Below, piece after piece: positions 27,830 to 36,814 of a stretch of 64,000 nucleotides of DNA. The translations under genes and the position numbers were made by a program. Below the pieces are notes generated by a model that saw only the letters and a program-made list of their open reading frames with translations, was not told where the DNA came from and made no database searches. The stretch covers positions 127,725 through 191,724 of the forward strand of contig JBBDZU010000002.1 in assembly GCA_040900055.1 (NCBI GenBank), written 5' to 3'. Each line of letters opens with the position of its first letter. Positions within the stretch are counted from its first letter, which is position 1. The stretch is from Candidatus Saccharimonadales bacterium (GTDB lineage Bacteria > Patescibacteriota > Saccharimonadia > Saccharimonadales > UBA10212).

Positions 27830-29962
27830 ATGGGCGAAACTATAAACCCATTTGGTAAGAAAATCGTATCAGTTAGCGGTGATTTTTGTGGCCGTAAATT
27901 AACTTTGGAAACTGGTCGGCTGGCCTTCCAGGCTGGCGCTTCGGTAACCGCTAGCTACGGTGATACGCTTGTCCAGGCGGTGGTTAGTGCATCTGACAAG
28001 CCCGTAGAGGGCTTGGATTTTTTCCCGTTATCGGTAGATTATGAAGAACGTTTCTATGCGGCCGGTAAAATAAGCGGTAGTCGGTTTATTAAACGAGAGG
28101 GCCGCCCTAGCGAGGAAGCTATTTTAGCCGGTCGCTTAATTGACCGACCAATTAGACCTTTGTTCCCCAAGGGTTATCACAATGAAGTTCAAGCCGTGGC
28201 CTTAGTACTTAGTTTAGATCCGGAACTTAGGCCCGATATTGTGGCAATGATAGCCGTAAGCTGCGCCATGGTATTAACTGGCGTACCTTTCGAAGGCCCG
28301 GTGGCCGGTGCCCGAATAGGTTTAATCGACGGAAAGCTAAAAGCCTATCCGACCACCGGCGAGTTAAAAGAAGGCCAACTTGATTTAACGGTAGCCGGCA
28401 CAAAATCGGCCGTTATGATGGTCGAGGCCGGATCTAGCGAAGTCAGCGAAGACGTAATGATATCGGCCATTGAACTAGCCCATAAGTCACTGCAGCCAGC
28501 CATTGATTTACAAAACGACCTAATTAAAAAAGTCGGAGTTACCAAGCAGGGATATGAGCTAGTATTGCCAGATGAGACGGTCCAAAAAGCCGTTGATGAC
28601 TATTTAGGCAGTAAGTTAAGTGATACCCGCGGCAATGTAGCCCAGCGCCACCAAAAGCTTAAAGGCCTTAAAGACGAAATGGTCGAGCATTTTAGGAGTC
28701 AACTTGGCGAAGACGCAGACCTTAAGCCATATAAAGAAGCCTTTGAAACGGCGGTCAAGACCGAAGTTCGAAGGGCAATTTTAAAAGACGGCAAACGTCC
28801 GGACAACCGCAAACCAGATGAAATAAGAGCGCTATCAAGCGAAGTTGGCGTACTGCCCAGAGCCCACGGCAGCAGTATTTTTACTCGCGGATCCACCCAA
28901 GCCTTAAACGCCACTACATTGGCACCCTTAAGCTATGTTCAGCTAATTGACACTATGGAAGAAAGTGCCGAAAGACGTTTCTTCCACCATTACAATATGC
29001 CCGGCTACGCCAGCGGCGAGATTAAGCGCTTGGGCAGCCCAGGCCGCCGAGAAATTGGGCATTCGGCTTTAGCTCAACGGGCCTTAGAAGCGGTCTTACC
29101 AAATGAAAAGGACTTTCCTTATACCATTCGCAGCGTTACGGAAATTATGAGCAGCAACGGTAGCACTTCTATGGCAGCGGTATGCAGCGGTATTTTAAGC
29201 CTAATGGATGCCGGAGTGCCCATTAAATCGCCCGTAAGCGGTATTGCCATGGGGCTCGTTAGTGATTCTGACACCGGCAAATACGTAATTTTAAGTGATA
29301 TTGCCGGGGCGGAAGATTTTGCCGGTGATATGGACTTTAAAGTGGCAGGTACTAAAGAGGGAATTACAGCTCTTCAAATGGACATTAAAGTTTCGGGCTT
29401 AACCACCGACACCTTGCGAGAAGCCCTAGCTAAGGCAAAGACCGGTCGGGCCGCAATCCTTTCGCATTTGCTGTCGGTTTTGCCGGCGCCCAGAGACTCA
29501 CTTAGCCCGTATGCGCCTAGGGTCGAAGCCATTACCATCAACCCCGAAAAAATCCGCGAAGTTATCGGTAAAGGCGGCGAAACAATCAACAAAATTATTG
29601 CTGAAACAGGAGCCGAAATTGACGTTAAAGACGATGGTACCATTATGATTGCTAGCCCGGATAAAAAAAGCATCGATGCGGCGATTCAGTTTATTAGGAC
29701 ATTAACGGCCGAGCCCGAAGTCGGCAAAATATACGAGAACGTTCCGGTGGTCAGCGTCCTGGATTTTGGCGCTTTTGTGCAGGTTATGCCGGGCAAAGAC
29801 GGCCTGGTGCACGTTTCCGAAATGTCCGAGGAGCGAGTGGATAAACCCAGCGACGTTGTCAAAGAAGGCGACAAAGTGACAGTTAAATTAGTGTCCATTG
29901 ACGACCGCGGCCGTTTGCAGCTGAGCATGCGAGCAGCAGAACGAGAAGGGAAAAGAAAATAA
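27830..29962 (+). CDS. pnp: polyribonucleotide nucleotidyltransferase (PNPase)
   Basis: 710 aa. Two RNase PH domains followed by KH and S1 domains. Confidence 0.97.
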   Translation: MGETINPFGKKIVSVSGDFCGRKLTLETGRLAFQAGASVTASYGDTLVQAVVSASDKPVEGLDFFPLSVDYEERFYAAGKISGSRFIKREGRPSEEAILAGRLIDRPIRPLFPKGYHNEVQAVALVLSLDPELRPDIVAMIAVSCAMVLTGVPFEGPVAGARIGLIDGKLKAYPTTGELKEGQLDLTVAGTKSAVMMVEAGSSEVSEDVMISAIELAHKSLQPAIDLQNDLIKKVGVTKQGYELVLPDETVQKAVDDYLGSKLSDTRGNVAQRHQKLKGLKDEMVEHFRSQLGEDADLKPYKEAFETAVKTEVRRAILKDGKRPDNRKPDEIRALSSEVGVLPRAHGSSIFTRGSTQALNATTLAPLSYVQLIDTMEESAERRFFHHYNMPGYASGEIKRLGSPGRREIGHSALAQRALEAVLPNEKDFPYTIRSVTEIMSSNGSTSMAAVCSGILSLMDAGVPIKSPVSGIAMGLVSDSDTGKYVILSDIAGAEDFAGDMDFKVAGTKEGITALQMDIKVSGLTTDTLREALAKAKTGRAAILSHLLSVLPAPRDSLSPYAPRVEAITINPEKIREVIGKGGETINKIIAETGAEIDVKDDGTIMIASPDKKSIDAAIQFIRTLTAEPEVGKIYENVPVVSVLDFGAFVQVMPGKDGLVHVSEMSEERVDKPSDVVKEGDKVTVKLVSIDDRGRLQLSMRAAEREGKRK

Positions 29963-30079
29963 TGCGCTTACCACTCCAAAGGGAAAAGACAGCACCGGTT
30001 CGCTTTAGCGAATTTGGATTTACTCCAAAAGGTGCAATAGGAAAAACCGTAGGTTTGTCCTATAGGCCGGAGGCCCAAT

Positions 30080-30298
30080 ATGGCTAGGCGGATTTTAAGA
30101 AAGTCCCAAGAACAAAAACTAATGCACAGATGGTGGGTAGCTGGCTTGCTCGCCTTGGTTTTTTTAGCGGTAGCTTATGGTTTTATTAGCCTAGCGCTCG
30201 ATTCTGGCAGTTGGCTAGAATACGCCACCGGCTTATTCTTTTTTGGCTGGGCCATTAATCGGGCAGTAAATTCATTTCGTTATGCTTTTGACAGGTAG
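30080..30298 (+). CDS. small two-TM membrane protein, hypothetical
   Basis: 72 aa with two hydrophobic segments. No family recognised. Confidence 0.4.
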   Translation: MARRILRKSQEQKLMHRWWVAGLLALVFLAVAYGFISLALDSGSWLEYATGLFFFGWAINRAVNSFRYAFDR

Positions 30299-30302
30299 TT
30301 AA

Positions 30303-31100
30303 GTGAAACAAGCTTTGACAAAACAAGCCAAGCTAGACCAAATTAGAGCCGACATTTTGGACCTAAATATCTGCGAAGGCTTAAGGCAAAACGCCACACA
30401 GCTAGTTTTTGGCGATGGCAGTGCTGATAGCGAGATTGTTTTTATTGGCGAGGCGCCTGGCAAAAGTGAAGATGAGCAAGGATTGCCTTTTGTGGGCGCG
30501 GCCGGCAAATTTTTAAACGAGATGCTGGCCAGTATTGGCCTTGAGCGCTCGGAGGTTTATATCACCAATATTGTTAAATACCGGCCGCCGGCTAACCGGG
30601 ACCCACTACCAGAAGAAAAGGCAGCCTTTTTGCCATATCTTCGCCAACAGATAATGGTCATACAGCCCAAGCTAATTGTTACTTTAGGCAGACACAGCCT
30701 AGAAACACTAATTCCTGGACTGCGAATTAGCGAATGTCATGGCCGGCCAAAACGAGTGAAGATCCCAGTAGGTCGCCAAGGTGCGAGTACGATGCAAGGC
30801 GCAGGCGAGCAGAGGACTGAGCTGTACAAAAATGTTACTGCGAAGGAGCAGACGCAGCCTGCAACGCCGCAGCGTGCCGCGAATGATGGCGGAGTCGGCG
30901 GCTCTGCCGACGAGCAGGCCATCATGTCCTTGGTGATCCTACCGCTGTTTCATCCGGCGGCAGCCCTATACAACGGCTCCATGCGCCAAACCTTAATTAA
31001 CGATTTTGCCAAAATCCCTAAAGTACTTGAGCAAATAAACAACCCAAAACCAGCTATATCTAAAAGCAAGGAGTCCAAATATGTCGCCAGCAACAGGTAA
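30303..31100 (+). CDS. uracil-DNA glycosylase, family 4, interrupted in frame by a GC-rich insert
   Basis: GEAPG motif A and HPAAAL motif B. About 55 extra residues lie between HGRPKRV and VILPLFHPAAAL. GTG start. Confidence 0.85.
   Translation: MKQALTKQAKLDQIRADILDLNICEGLRQNATQLVFGDGSADSEIVFIGEAPGKSEDEQGLPFVGAAGKFLNEMLASIGLERSEVYITNIVKYRPPANRDPLPEEKAAFLPYLRQQIMVIQPKLIVTLGRHSLETLIPGLRISECHGRPKRVKIPVGRQGASTMQGAGEQRTELYKNVTAKEQTQPATPQRAANDGGVGGSADEQAIMSLVILPLFHPAAALYNGSMRQTLINDFAKIPKVLEQINNPKPAISKSKESKYVASNR
30761..30943. mobile_element. MITE-like GC-rich in-frame insert with imperfect terminal inverted repeats
   Basis: The left end AGTAGGTCGCCAAGG matches the reverse complement of the right end, GGTAGGATCACCAAGG. 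GATCC occurs at both ends. GC is clearly above the flanks. Confidence 0.5.
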
Positions 31101-33099
31101 AAATAATCCCGGCAACCGGAAAATATCTCGTGGAGCGGCCATTAGGGCTCAAAAACGTTCGGTGGCCGATGCCAACCGCAAAGCCAGCCAATATCTAGAC
31201 GCTTCGGCTAAAAAGCCCGCCGACCCAGGCAAGGCCCCGATCCGCAGAGTCAACCTAATTGACGATAGCCCTCGTCTGAAAATTATCGGCTTGGGGGGCA
31301 TGGACGGTGGTGGCTCTAAAAACATATTGGTTATTGAGTATCAAAATGATGCCCTAGTCTTAGACTGCGGCAATGACTTGGGTGTTGATTTACCCGGCAT
31401 TAACTATGGCATAGCCGACACCACATATCTTGATCAGATTAAGCCAAAGCTTAAAGGTTTTGTTATTACCCATGGTCACTTAGACCACATGGGGGCTTTG
31501 CCGCATATTTTGCCAAAATATAATGTGCCAGTTTATGGTAGTCGTTTTACCATTGGCCGGGTTGAAGAAATTTTTGAAAATTTTGGCCTGCCAATGCCAG
31601 CCGGCTTTGAGCTTAAGACTATCATTATGAACGAGGACAATCACGAACGACTCAAAGTCGGCTCCTTTTTTGTTGAGCTTATCCGGGTGACCCACTCCAT
31701 ACCCGGCAGTAATGCCATTGTGGTTGACACACCTGCAGGTCGCGTAATTAACACTGGTGATTTTAGGCTAGACCCTAACCCGCTAGACCACGAACGTACC
31801 GACATGGCCAGGTTTGAAGAGCTAGCTCGTCAAGGCGTATTGGTTTTGATGAGCGAATCTACTACAGCCGAGCGACCGGGCCGCACCCCCTCCGAGAGCA
31901 CTATCGAGCAAAGCTTCGTAGACATTATGGAAAAAGCCCCAGGTAGGATTTTTATCGCTATTTTCTCGACTAACGTTAACCGTATTCAAATGATTGTGAA
32001 TGCCGCTGTTAAGCATAATCGCAAAATTGCGCTAGACGGCCGCAGTATGGTTAGCACTTTGGAAATGGCTGTGCGTAACGGTTTTATGAAGATTCCCAAG
32101 GGCACTTTTGTGCCCATCGCTTCGGTTCCTAATCTTAAAGACGATCAAGTTGTAGTGGTTTGTACTGGTGGGCAAGGCGAACCTAATTCGGCGCTAGTTA
32201 GAATGAGCATGGGCGACCACGCTGTCATTAGCCTAAAAGAGCAAGATAGCGTGGTTTTATCTTCAACACCTATCCCAGAGACTGGCAACGATGCTCTTAT
32301 TGGCGACATGGTTGATGATTTGATGCGGAAGGGCGTGCACGTTTACCGGCACGAAACCTATGAGCTAGACGGCTGTGGGCCACTGCATGTATCCGGTCAC
32401 GCCTCCATCGAGGAATACCGCGACATGATTAACTTGATAAAACCCAAGTTCTTTATCCCGGTATATGGCAATTATCGATCTAAGAAACGCCACATAACCA
32501 TTGCTGTTGAAGAAGGCATCCCCCGGGGCAACTGTGTTAACGCTGAAAACGGCGATATTATAGCCATTACTCCAAATAAAATCGAAGTTACTGGTCAGGT
32601 ACCGCACGGCACTGTCTTAGTAGATCAAACCGGCGCAATTGTTAGCAGCGTGGTGGTTAAAGACAGAGTTTTGTTGGCCGAAGAGGGACTAGTAGCGGTT
32701 GTTTTAACAATCGATAAAAAAAGTGGCACTTTGCTTACCAGCCCCGATATTATCAGCCGCGGCTTTATCTACATGAAGGATAACGAGGAGTTGATGAATG
32801 CCTTCCGGGAAGAACTGCGCCGGGCAGTCACCCAGCGCTTTAAACGGGTTGATTTGGATCGATTTAAAGCCGAACTTAAAGATTATGTTACTCATTTTTT
32901 GTTCGAACAAACTCAGCGAAGCCCAATCGTTATCCCAGTAGTCAATGTTATTGGTGGGCGGTCGGAAAAACAGTCTAAACCACTGCAAAATGGACAAACC
33001 GAAGGTCAAAAAAGTCCCCAGGAGCTTGCCTTAGAACAACAAAGACGCTTTGCCCAAATGCGCCAGCAGCTACTTAACCAAGACGCCCGCACTGACTAA
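31081..33099 (+). CDS. rnj: ribonuclease J
   Basis: 672 aa. HGHLDHMG metallo-beta-lactamase motif and beta-CASP layout. Basic N-terminal extension. Confidence 0.9.
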   Translation: MSPATGKNNPGNRKISRGAAIRAQKRSVADANRKASQYLDASAKKPADPGKAPIRRVNLIDDSPRLKIIGLGGMDGGGSKNILVIEYQNDALVLDCGNDLGVDLPGINYGIADTTYLDQIKPKLKGFVITHGHLDHMGALPHILPKYNVPVYGSRFTIGRVEEIFENFGLPMPAGFELKTIIMNEDNHERLKVGSFFVELIRVTHSIPGSNAIVVDTPAGRVINTGDFRLDPNPLDHERTDMARFEELARQGVLVLMSESTTAERPGRTPSESTIEQSFVDIMEKAPGRIFIAIFSTNVNRIQMIVNAAVKHNRKIALDGRSMVSTLEMAVRNGFMKIPKGTFVPIASVPNLKDDQVVVVCTGGQGEPNSALVRMSMGDHAVISLKEQDSVVLSSTPIPETGNDALIGDMVDDLMRKGVHVYRHETYELDGCGPLHVSGHASIEEYRDMINLIKPKFFIPVYGNYRSKKRHITIAVEEGIPRGNCVNAENGDIIAITPNKIEVTGQVPHGTVLVDQTGAIVSSVVVKDRVLLAEEGLVAVVLTIDKKSGTLLTSPDIISRGFIYMKDNEELMNAFREELRRAVTQRFKRVDLDRFKAELKDYVTHFLFEQTQRSPIVIPVVNVIGGRSEKQSKPLQNGQTEGQKSPQELALEQQRRFAQMRQQLLNQDARTD

Positions 33100-33117
33100 A
33101 ACCCACCTCTATTTAAT

Positions 33118-33145
33118 TTGACAAAAATAAACATAAGCGTATAAC
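33118..33145 (+). promoter_or_regulatory. putative promoter of the 33170 gene
   Basis: TTGACA, 16-nt spacer, TATAAC. Confidence 0.45.
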
Positions 33146-33169
33146 GGACTTTAGGGCTACGAAATAAAA

Positions 33170-33763
33170 ATGGCTGCAATTGAACAAGCACGCAACCAAG
33201 ACAGTGATTTAGATAACCCTTATATTGATGTCTTGCCTCCCAGAACATCTATCGACATAGGGCATTTTTTCGATATAGCTGAGAGTGAGGAGAAATTTCA
33301 AGGATATTATCTATGCGCAGAAGAGGTTCTCATACAGCTGGATGAAGTTACTCGTGAGAGTGATTACGACTGGCATGAGAGTCTCCGGTTGCCTCTGGGG
33401 CTTGAGAATGGTTACGCCTTCACAAAGTTAAGCGGTGAGATGCCCGATGGCACCAGAGCTCTAATTGAGCTAACCTATGCTCTGACTAAGTCGGAAATAG
33501 TAGGAGAGACTTCTAAAAAAGACCAGGACATTATTTATCTGCACGGTTTATATCGCGATAGGCCTATTGAATTTATAGAAACATACACCCGCCAGAGCGA
33601 AGATTTGATCATGGAGTGGTCGGTCAGACTCGATGAGCCGATAGCAGAATTAGAGGATCCTGCCTATGATAGGCGCCCGGCTACTGAAGGCGAAAAAAGA
33701 GAGCTAATCGATACGGCTATCGAATACTGGCTAGACCAGCCAGGGTATCTGCAAGCTGCATGA
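33170..33763 (+). CDS. acidic hypothetical protein
   Basis: 197-aa ORF with coding-like composition. No family recognised. Confidence 0.45.
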   Translation: MAAIEQARNQDSDLDNPYIDVLPPRTSIDIGHFFDIAESEEKFQGYYLCAEEVLIQLDEVTRESDYDWHESLRLPLGLENGYAFTKLSGEMPDGTRALIELTYALTKSEIVGETSKKDQDIIYLHGLYRDRPIEFIETYTRQSEDLIMEWSVRLDEPIAELEDPAYDRRPATEGEKRELIDTAIEYWLDQPGYLQAA

Positions 33764-33852
33764 CTTGACAGCATACCCATAACGATGTTGTAATTATAAC
33801 GTTTAAGCTTAAGCGACAGGTTTTAAGCTTAAACAGGCTATAATTACTAGAT

Positions 33853-36078
33853 ATGGCTAAAAAAAGAAAAAGAGCTACTAAAACTACTGCTAAACCAATC
33901 CGCAAAGCGCGCCGCAACCGCCAGGTTTCGGCCAATTTTTGGCGGGGAGTTGGCGCGGTTATTTTAATTATTGCCGGCATCGTCTTACTTTTTGGCGCCT
34001 TTATCAACGCACCCATCCCTAGGGGTTTTTGGGATGGCACTTGGTGGGCTTTAGGGGCGGCAGCGCCAATAACTCCCTTAGCCTTGTTATATTTAGGCTC
34101 ATTAAAATTTATTAGCGAAGATCACCTAATACCTTTGCCCAAAATGGTGGGGGTCTTGGGCCTTTTAACTTTTTTTGCCAGCTGGCTACATACCGCCTTT
34201 TTGCATGAAGAAAACGGCATTTTAGTAGGCGGTTATGGCGGGGAAGTTGGTGGTGCGATAGGTAATGTTTTGGTAACGGCGCTTGGCGAGTTTTTGGCAT
34301 CGTTAGTCTTTTTTGTACTTACCTTATTTGCCGTCTTTTTTACTTTTGGCATTGAACCCAGGTCGCTTCTTAAGCTAGCCGAACTTTTTAAACGTGAACC
34401 ATCCGAAGAAGACCCAGAAGATCTCGGTGCTCTTAAAAAGAAGATGGGTGCAGGTTTTCAATTACACGAAGGCGTGCCAGTAGAACACCATCCTAGCCAA
34501 CCAGTTATGGGCTCGCTGCGCAACACAGCCCAAAGACTGGCACCCAGTGAAGATCACGCCGCCCTGACACTGGCCAGCGATCCAGACTGGCAATTCCCGT
34601 CGCTAGACTTGCTAGACGAAAAACAAGACAAAGCCGATGCTGGTGACGTTAAAGCCAACGCCGAAATTATTAAAGAAACTTTCACCAACTTTAATATTGA
34701 TGTAGACGTAGAGGGCGCTAATGTTGGCCCCAGGGTCACTCAATTTACCCTAAAACCGCCTACAGGGGTTAAATTAGCGCGCTTAACAGCATTAGAAAAT
34801 AACTTGGCGCTGGATTTAGCTGCTGAGAGCATCCGTATGGAAGCTCCCATCCCCGGAAAACGAGCTGTCGGTATAGAAGTGCCTAATGTTAAGGCCGCTA
34901 CAGTGACCATCCATAGTCTCCTAACCAGCCCAGAATGGCGCGAGACTAAGAGCCAGCTAAGTTTTGTGATTGGAAAAGATATTGCCGGCTCACCAATAGT
35001 TGGCGACCTGGAAAAAATGCCACACATTCTAATCGCTGGCCAAACCGGCTCTGGTAAATCTGTAATGATTAATACGCTTTTAACCAGCTTGCTTTATCGC
35101 AACAGCCCATCGGACTTAAAGCTGATTTTGGTTGATCCAAAACAAGTCGAAATGGGTCTTTATCATGACATTCCCCATCTGCTTAGTCCGGTAATTCACG
35201 AGCCAGAAAAATGCATCAGCGCCTTAAAGTGGGCAGTGGCCGAAATGGAACGGCGCCTAAGGGCCTTTGCAGAAGTTGGCAAACGCAATATCAAAGAATA
35301 TAACACCGTTAAAAAAGAAGAAGAGGGCATGCCTTACGTTGTTATTGTTATCGATGAGCTGGCCGACCTTATGATGATGGCTGCTCGTGATGTAGAAGCA
35401 CTGGTAGTTAGGTTAGCCCAAAAAGCCCGAGCCGCGGGCATTCACTTAGTAATTGCCACCCAGAGACCGAGTGTAGATGTTATTACCGGCTTGATTAAAG
35501 CTAACGTGCCAGCGCGTATTGCCTTTACGGTAGTTAGCCAAGTAGACTCTCGTACAATTATTGACCAAATTGGTGCCGAGAAACTGCTAGGCCGCGGTGA
35601 CTTACTATTTAGCATACCCGAATATTCCAAGCCAAAAAGGGTGCAAGGCTCGCTAATTACCGACGGCGAAACTTCTAAAGTTTGTGATTTCTTGCGGGCT
35701 CAGCGGCCGCCGCAATACGACGATGAAGTAGTTAGCCAACCAGTTCAGTTAACTGGTCGTGGCGGCATGGTTTCGCAAATTGGCGAAGAGGATGATCATG
35801 TGCTAAAAGACGCTGTCGGCGTAGTTGTGGCCAGCGGCAAAGCCAGTACCAGTCTTCTGCAACGAAAACTAAGGATTGGTTACGGACGAGCCTCACGCTT
35901 AATGGATATTATGGAAGAACGGGGCATCATCGCCAGGAGTGACGGTACCAATCGTCCTCGAGAAGTGTTAATCCGCGATGTTGATGAAATATTTGGTGCT
36001 CCCGCACCCGCTAGCGTTGAAAGTAGCGAAGGCGATGTTTACGACGATATGCCCGACGAACAATTTGAGAAACAATAG
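33853..36078 (+). CDS. ftsK: DNA translocase FtsK/SpoIIIE
   Basis: 741 aa. N-terminal TM segments, Walker A GQTGSGKS and a C-terminal gamma wHTH (LLQRKLRIGYGRASRLMD). Confidence 0.95.
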   Translation: MAKKRKRATKTTAKPIRKARRNRQVSANFWRGVGAVILIIAGIVLLFGAFINAPIPRGFWDGTWWALGAAAPITPLALLYLGSLKFISEDHLIPLPKMVGVLGLLTFFASWLHTAFLHEENGILVGGYGGEVGGAIGNVLVTALGEFLASLVFFVLTLFAVFFTFGIEPRSLLKLAELFKREPSEEDPEDLGALKKKMGAGFQLHEGVPVEHHPSQPVMGSLRNTAQRLAPSEDHAALTLASDPDWQFPSLDLLDEKQDKADAGDVKANAEIIKETFTNFNIDVDVEGANVGPRVTQFTLKPPTGVKLARLTALENNLALDLAAESIRMEAPIPGKRAVGIEVPNVKAATVTIHSLLTSPEWRETKSQLSFVIGKDIAGSPIVGDLEKMPHILIAGQTGSGKSVMINTLLTSLLYRNSPSDLKLILVDPKQVEMGLYHDIPHLLSPVIHEPEKCISALKWAVAEMERRLRAFAEVGKRNIKEYNTVKKEEEGMPYVVIVIDELADLMMMAARDVEALVVRLAQKARAAGIHLVIATQRPSVDVITGLIKANVPARIAFTVVSQVDSRTIIDQIGAEKLLGRGDLLFSIPEYSKPKRVQGSLITDGETSKVCDFLRAQRPPQYDDEVVSQPVQLTGRGGMVSQIGEEDDHVLKDAVGVVVASGKASTSLLQRKLRIGYGRASRLMDIMEERGIIARSDGTNRPREVLIRDVDEIFGAPAPASVESSEGDVYDDMPDEQFEKQ

Positions 36079-36088
36079 AATGTAGGCG

Positions 36089-36124
36089 GATCCCTCCCAA
36101 TTTCTGTAGAAATTGGGAGGGATC
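36089..36124. terminator. bidirectional 16-bp perfect hairpin between convergent genes
   Basis: GATCCCTCCCAATTTC-TGTA-GAAATTGGGAGGGATC, between the ftsK stop and the stop of the minus-strand gene. Confidence 0.6.
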
Positions 36125-36566
36125 ACGCCATGACGGCCTTCGGCATCAGCGACCAGTTGTGGCAAAGAACGTAGTTGGCAGGTAGAGCGATGCCCAGCCC
36201 CCAGACTAGGGCAATGCCAACCTGGGCCTCCAGGTACGAGAACCCGAAGGCTCCAACCATCGCCAAGTAGGCCAGATGTGGTACTGAGGTCATCACTAGC
36301 CTCTGACATGACCACCTAGCAGCACTGTTGACGAGAGCGACTCGTCTGTCGCGCCAAACGAACAGCAGGGCGCAGAAGACAAAGGGGCCCATAGTCGCTG
36401 AGGTGGTTGCTTTGGCTAGTCGTTCGTCCAAACCGAGTTGTGATACATACAGATGAATCACCCCAAGGCCTGCTACGAACGAAAGGGCAGAGACGGCCAG
36501 ATACTCGGTAATGCGACGTTTATGGCTACGGAGAAGGCTCCGCAGCTGCTCAACTTTGTGGCGCAT
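36123..36566 (-). CDS. GC-rich small integral membrane protein (possibly GtrA-like)
   Basis: 147 aa, about 4 TM segments. GC is well above the flanks. Family assignment is weak. Confidence 0.5.
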   Translation of the reverse strand: MRHKVEQLRSLLRSHKRRITEYLAVSALSFVAGLGVIHLYVSQLGLDERLAKATTSATMGPFVFCALLFVWRDRRVALVNSAARWSCQRLVMTSVPHLAYLAMVGAFGFSYLEAQVGIALVWGLGIALPANYVLCHNWSLMPKAVMA

Positions 36567-36651
36567 GCGGGACTCCTCCTTCCTGATTCTCGAAGACCTA
36601 CTCTCATGTTTTCCCGAGAGTCTAAGCTAACTATAGAACAAAGAATCAAAC

Positions 36652-36803
36652 TTGCATATTAAGCACAAGCGTCTTAGTATAACGTTGTATAGGCAAACAA
36701 ACATGAATAAAGAGAGCATATGCCTAACAGAGTAAGGATTACTCTAAGGTTTAATCGAGAGATAGCCGTAATGTCCGCGCTTAAAAGCGCGGATTTTTAT
36801 TTT
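36652..36803 (+). promoter_or_regulatory. promoter, ~120-nt structured leader and intrinsic terminator (riboswitch/attenuator-like or sRNA)
   Basis: TTGCAT-N17-TAGTAT (36652-36680). Hairpins TAGGCA...TGCCTA and AGAGTAA-GGA-TTACTCT. Terminator TCCGCGC-TTAAAA-GCGCGGA followed by TTTTTATTTT (36774-36803), ending at the SD of the next gene. Confidence 0.5.
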
Positions 36804-36814
36804 AGGAGCAAAAA

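Noticed and set aside
33717-34040. 107-aa minus-strand ORF overlapping the ftsK start. Other short antisense ORFs occur within argS, polA, pnp, rnj, pilB and similar genes.
   Set aside because: They lie inside or against well-supported conserved genes, with no independent signals.
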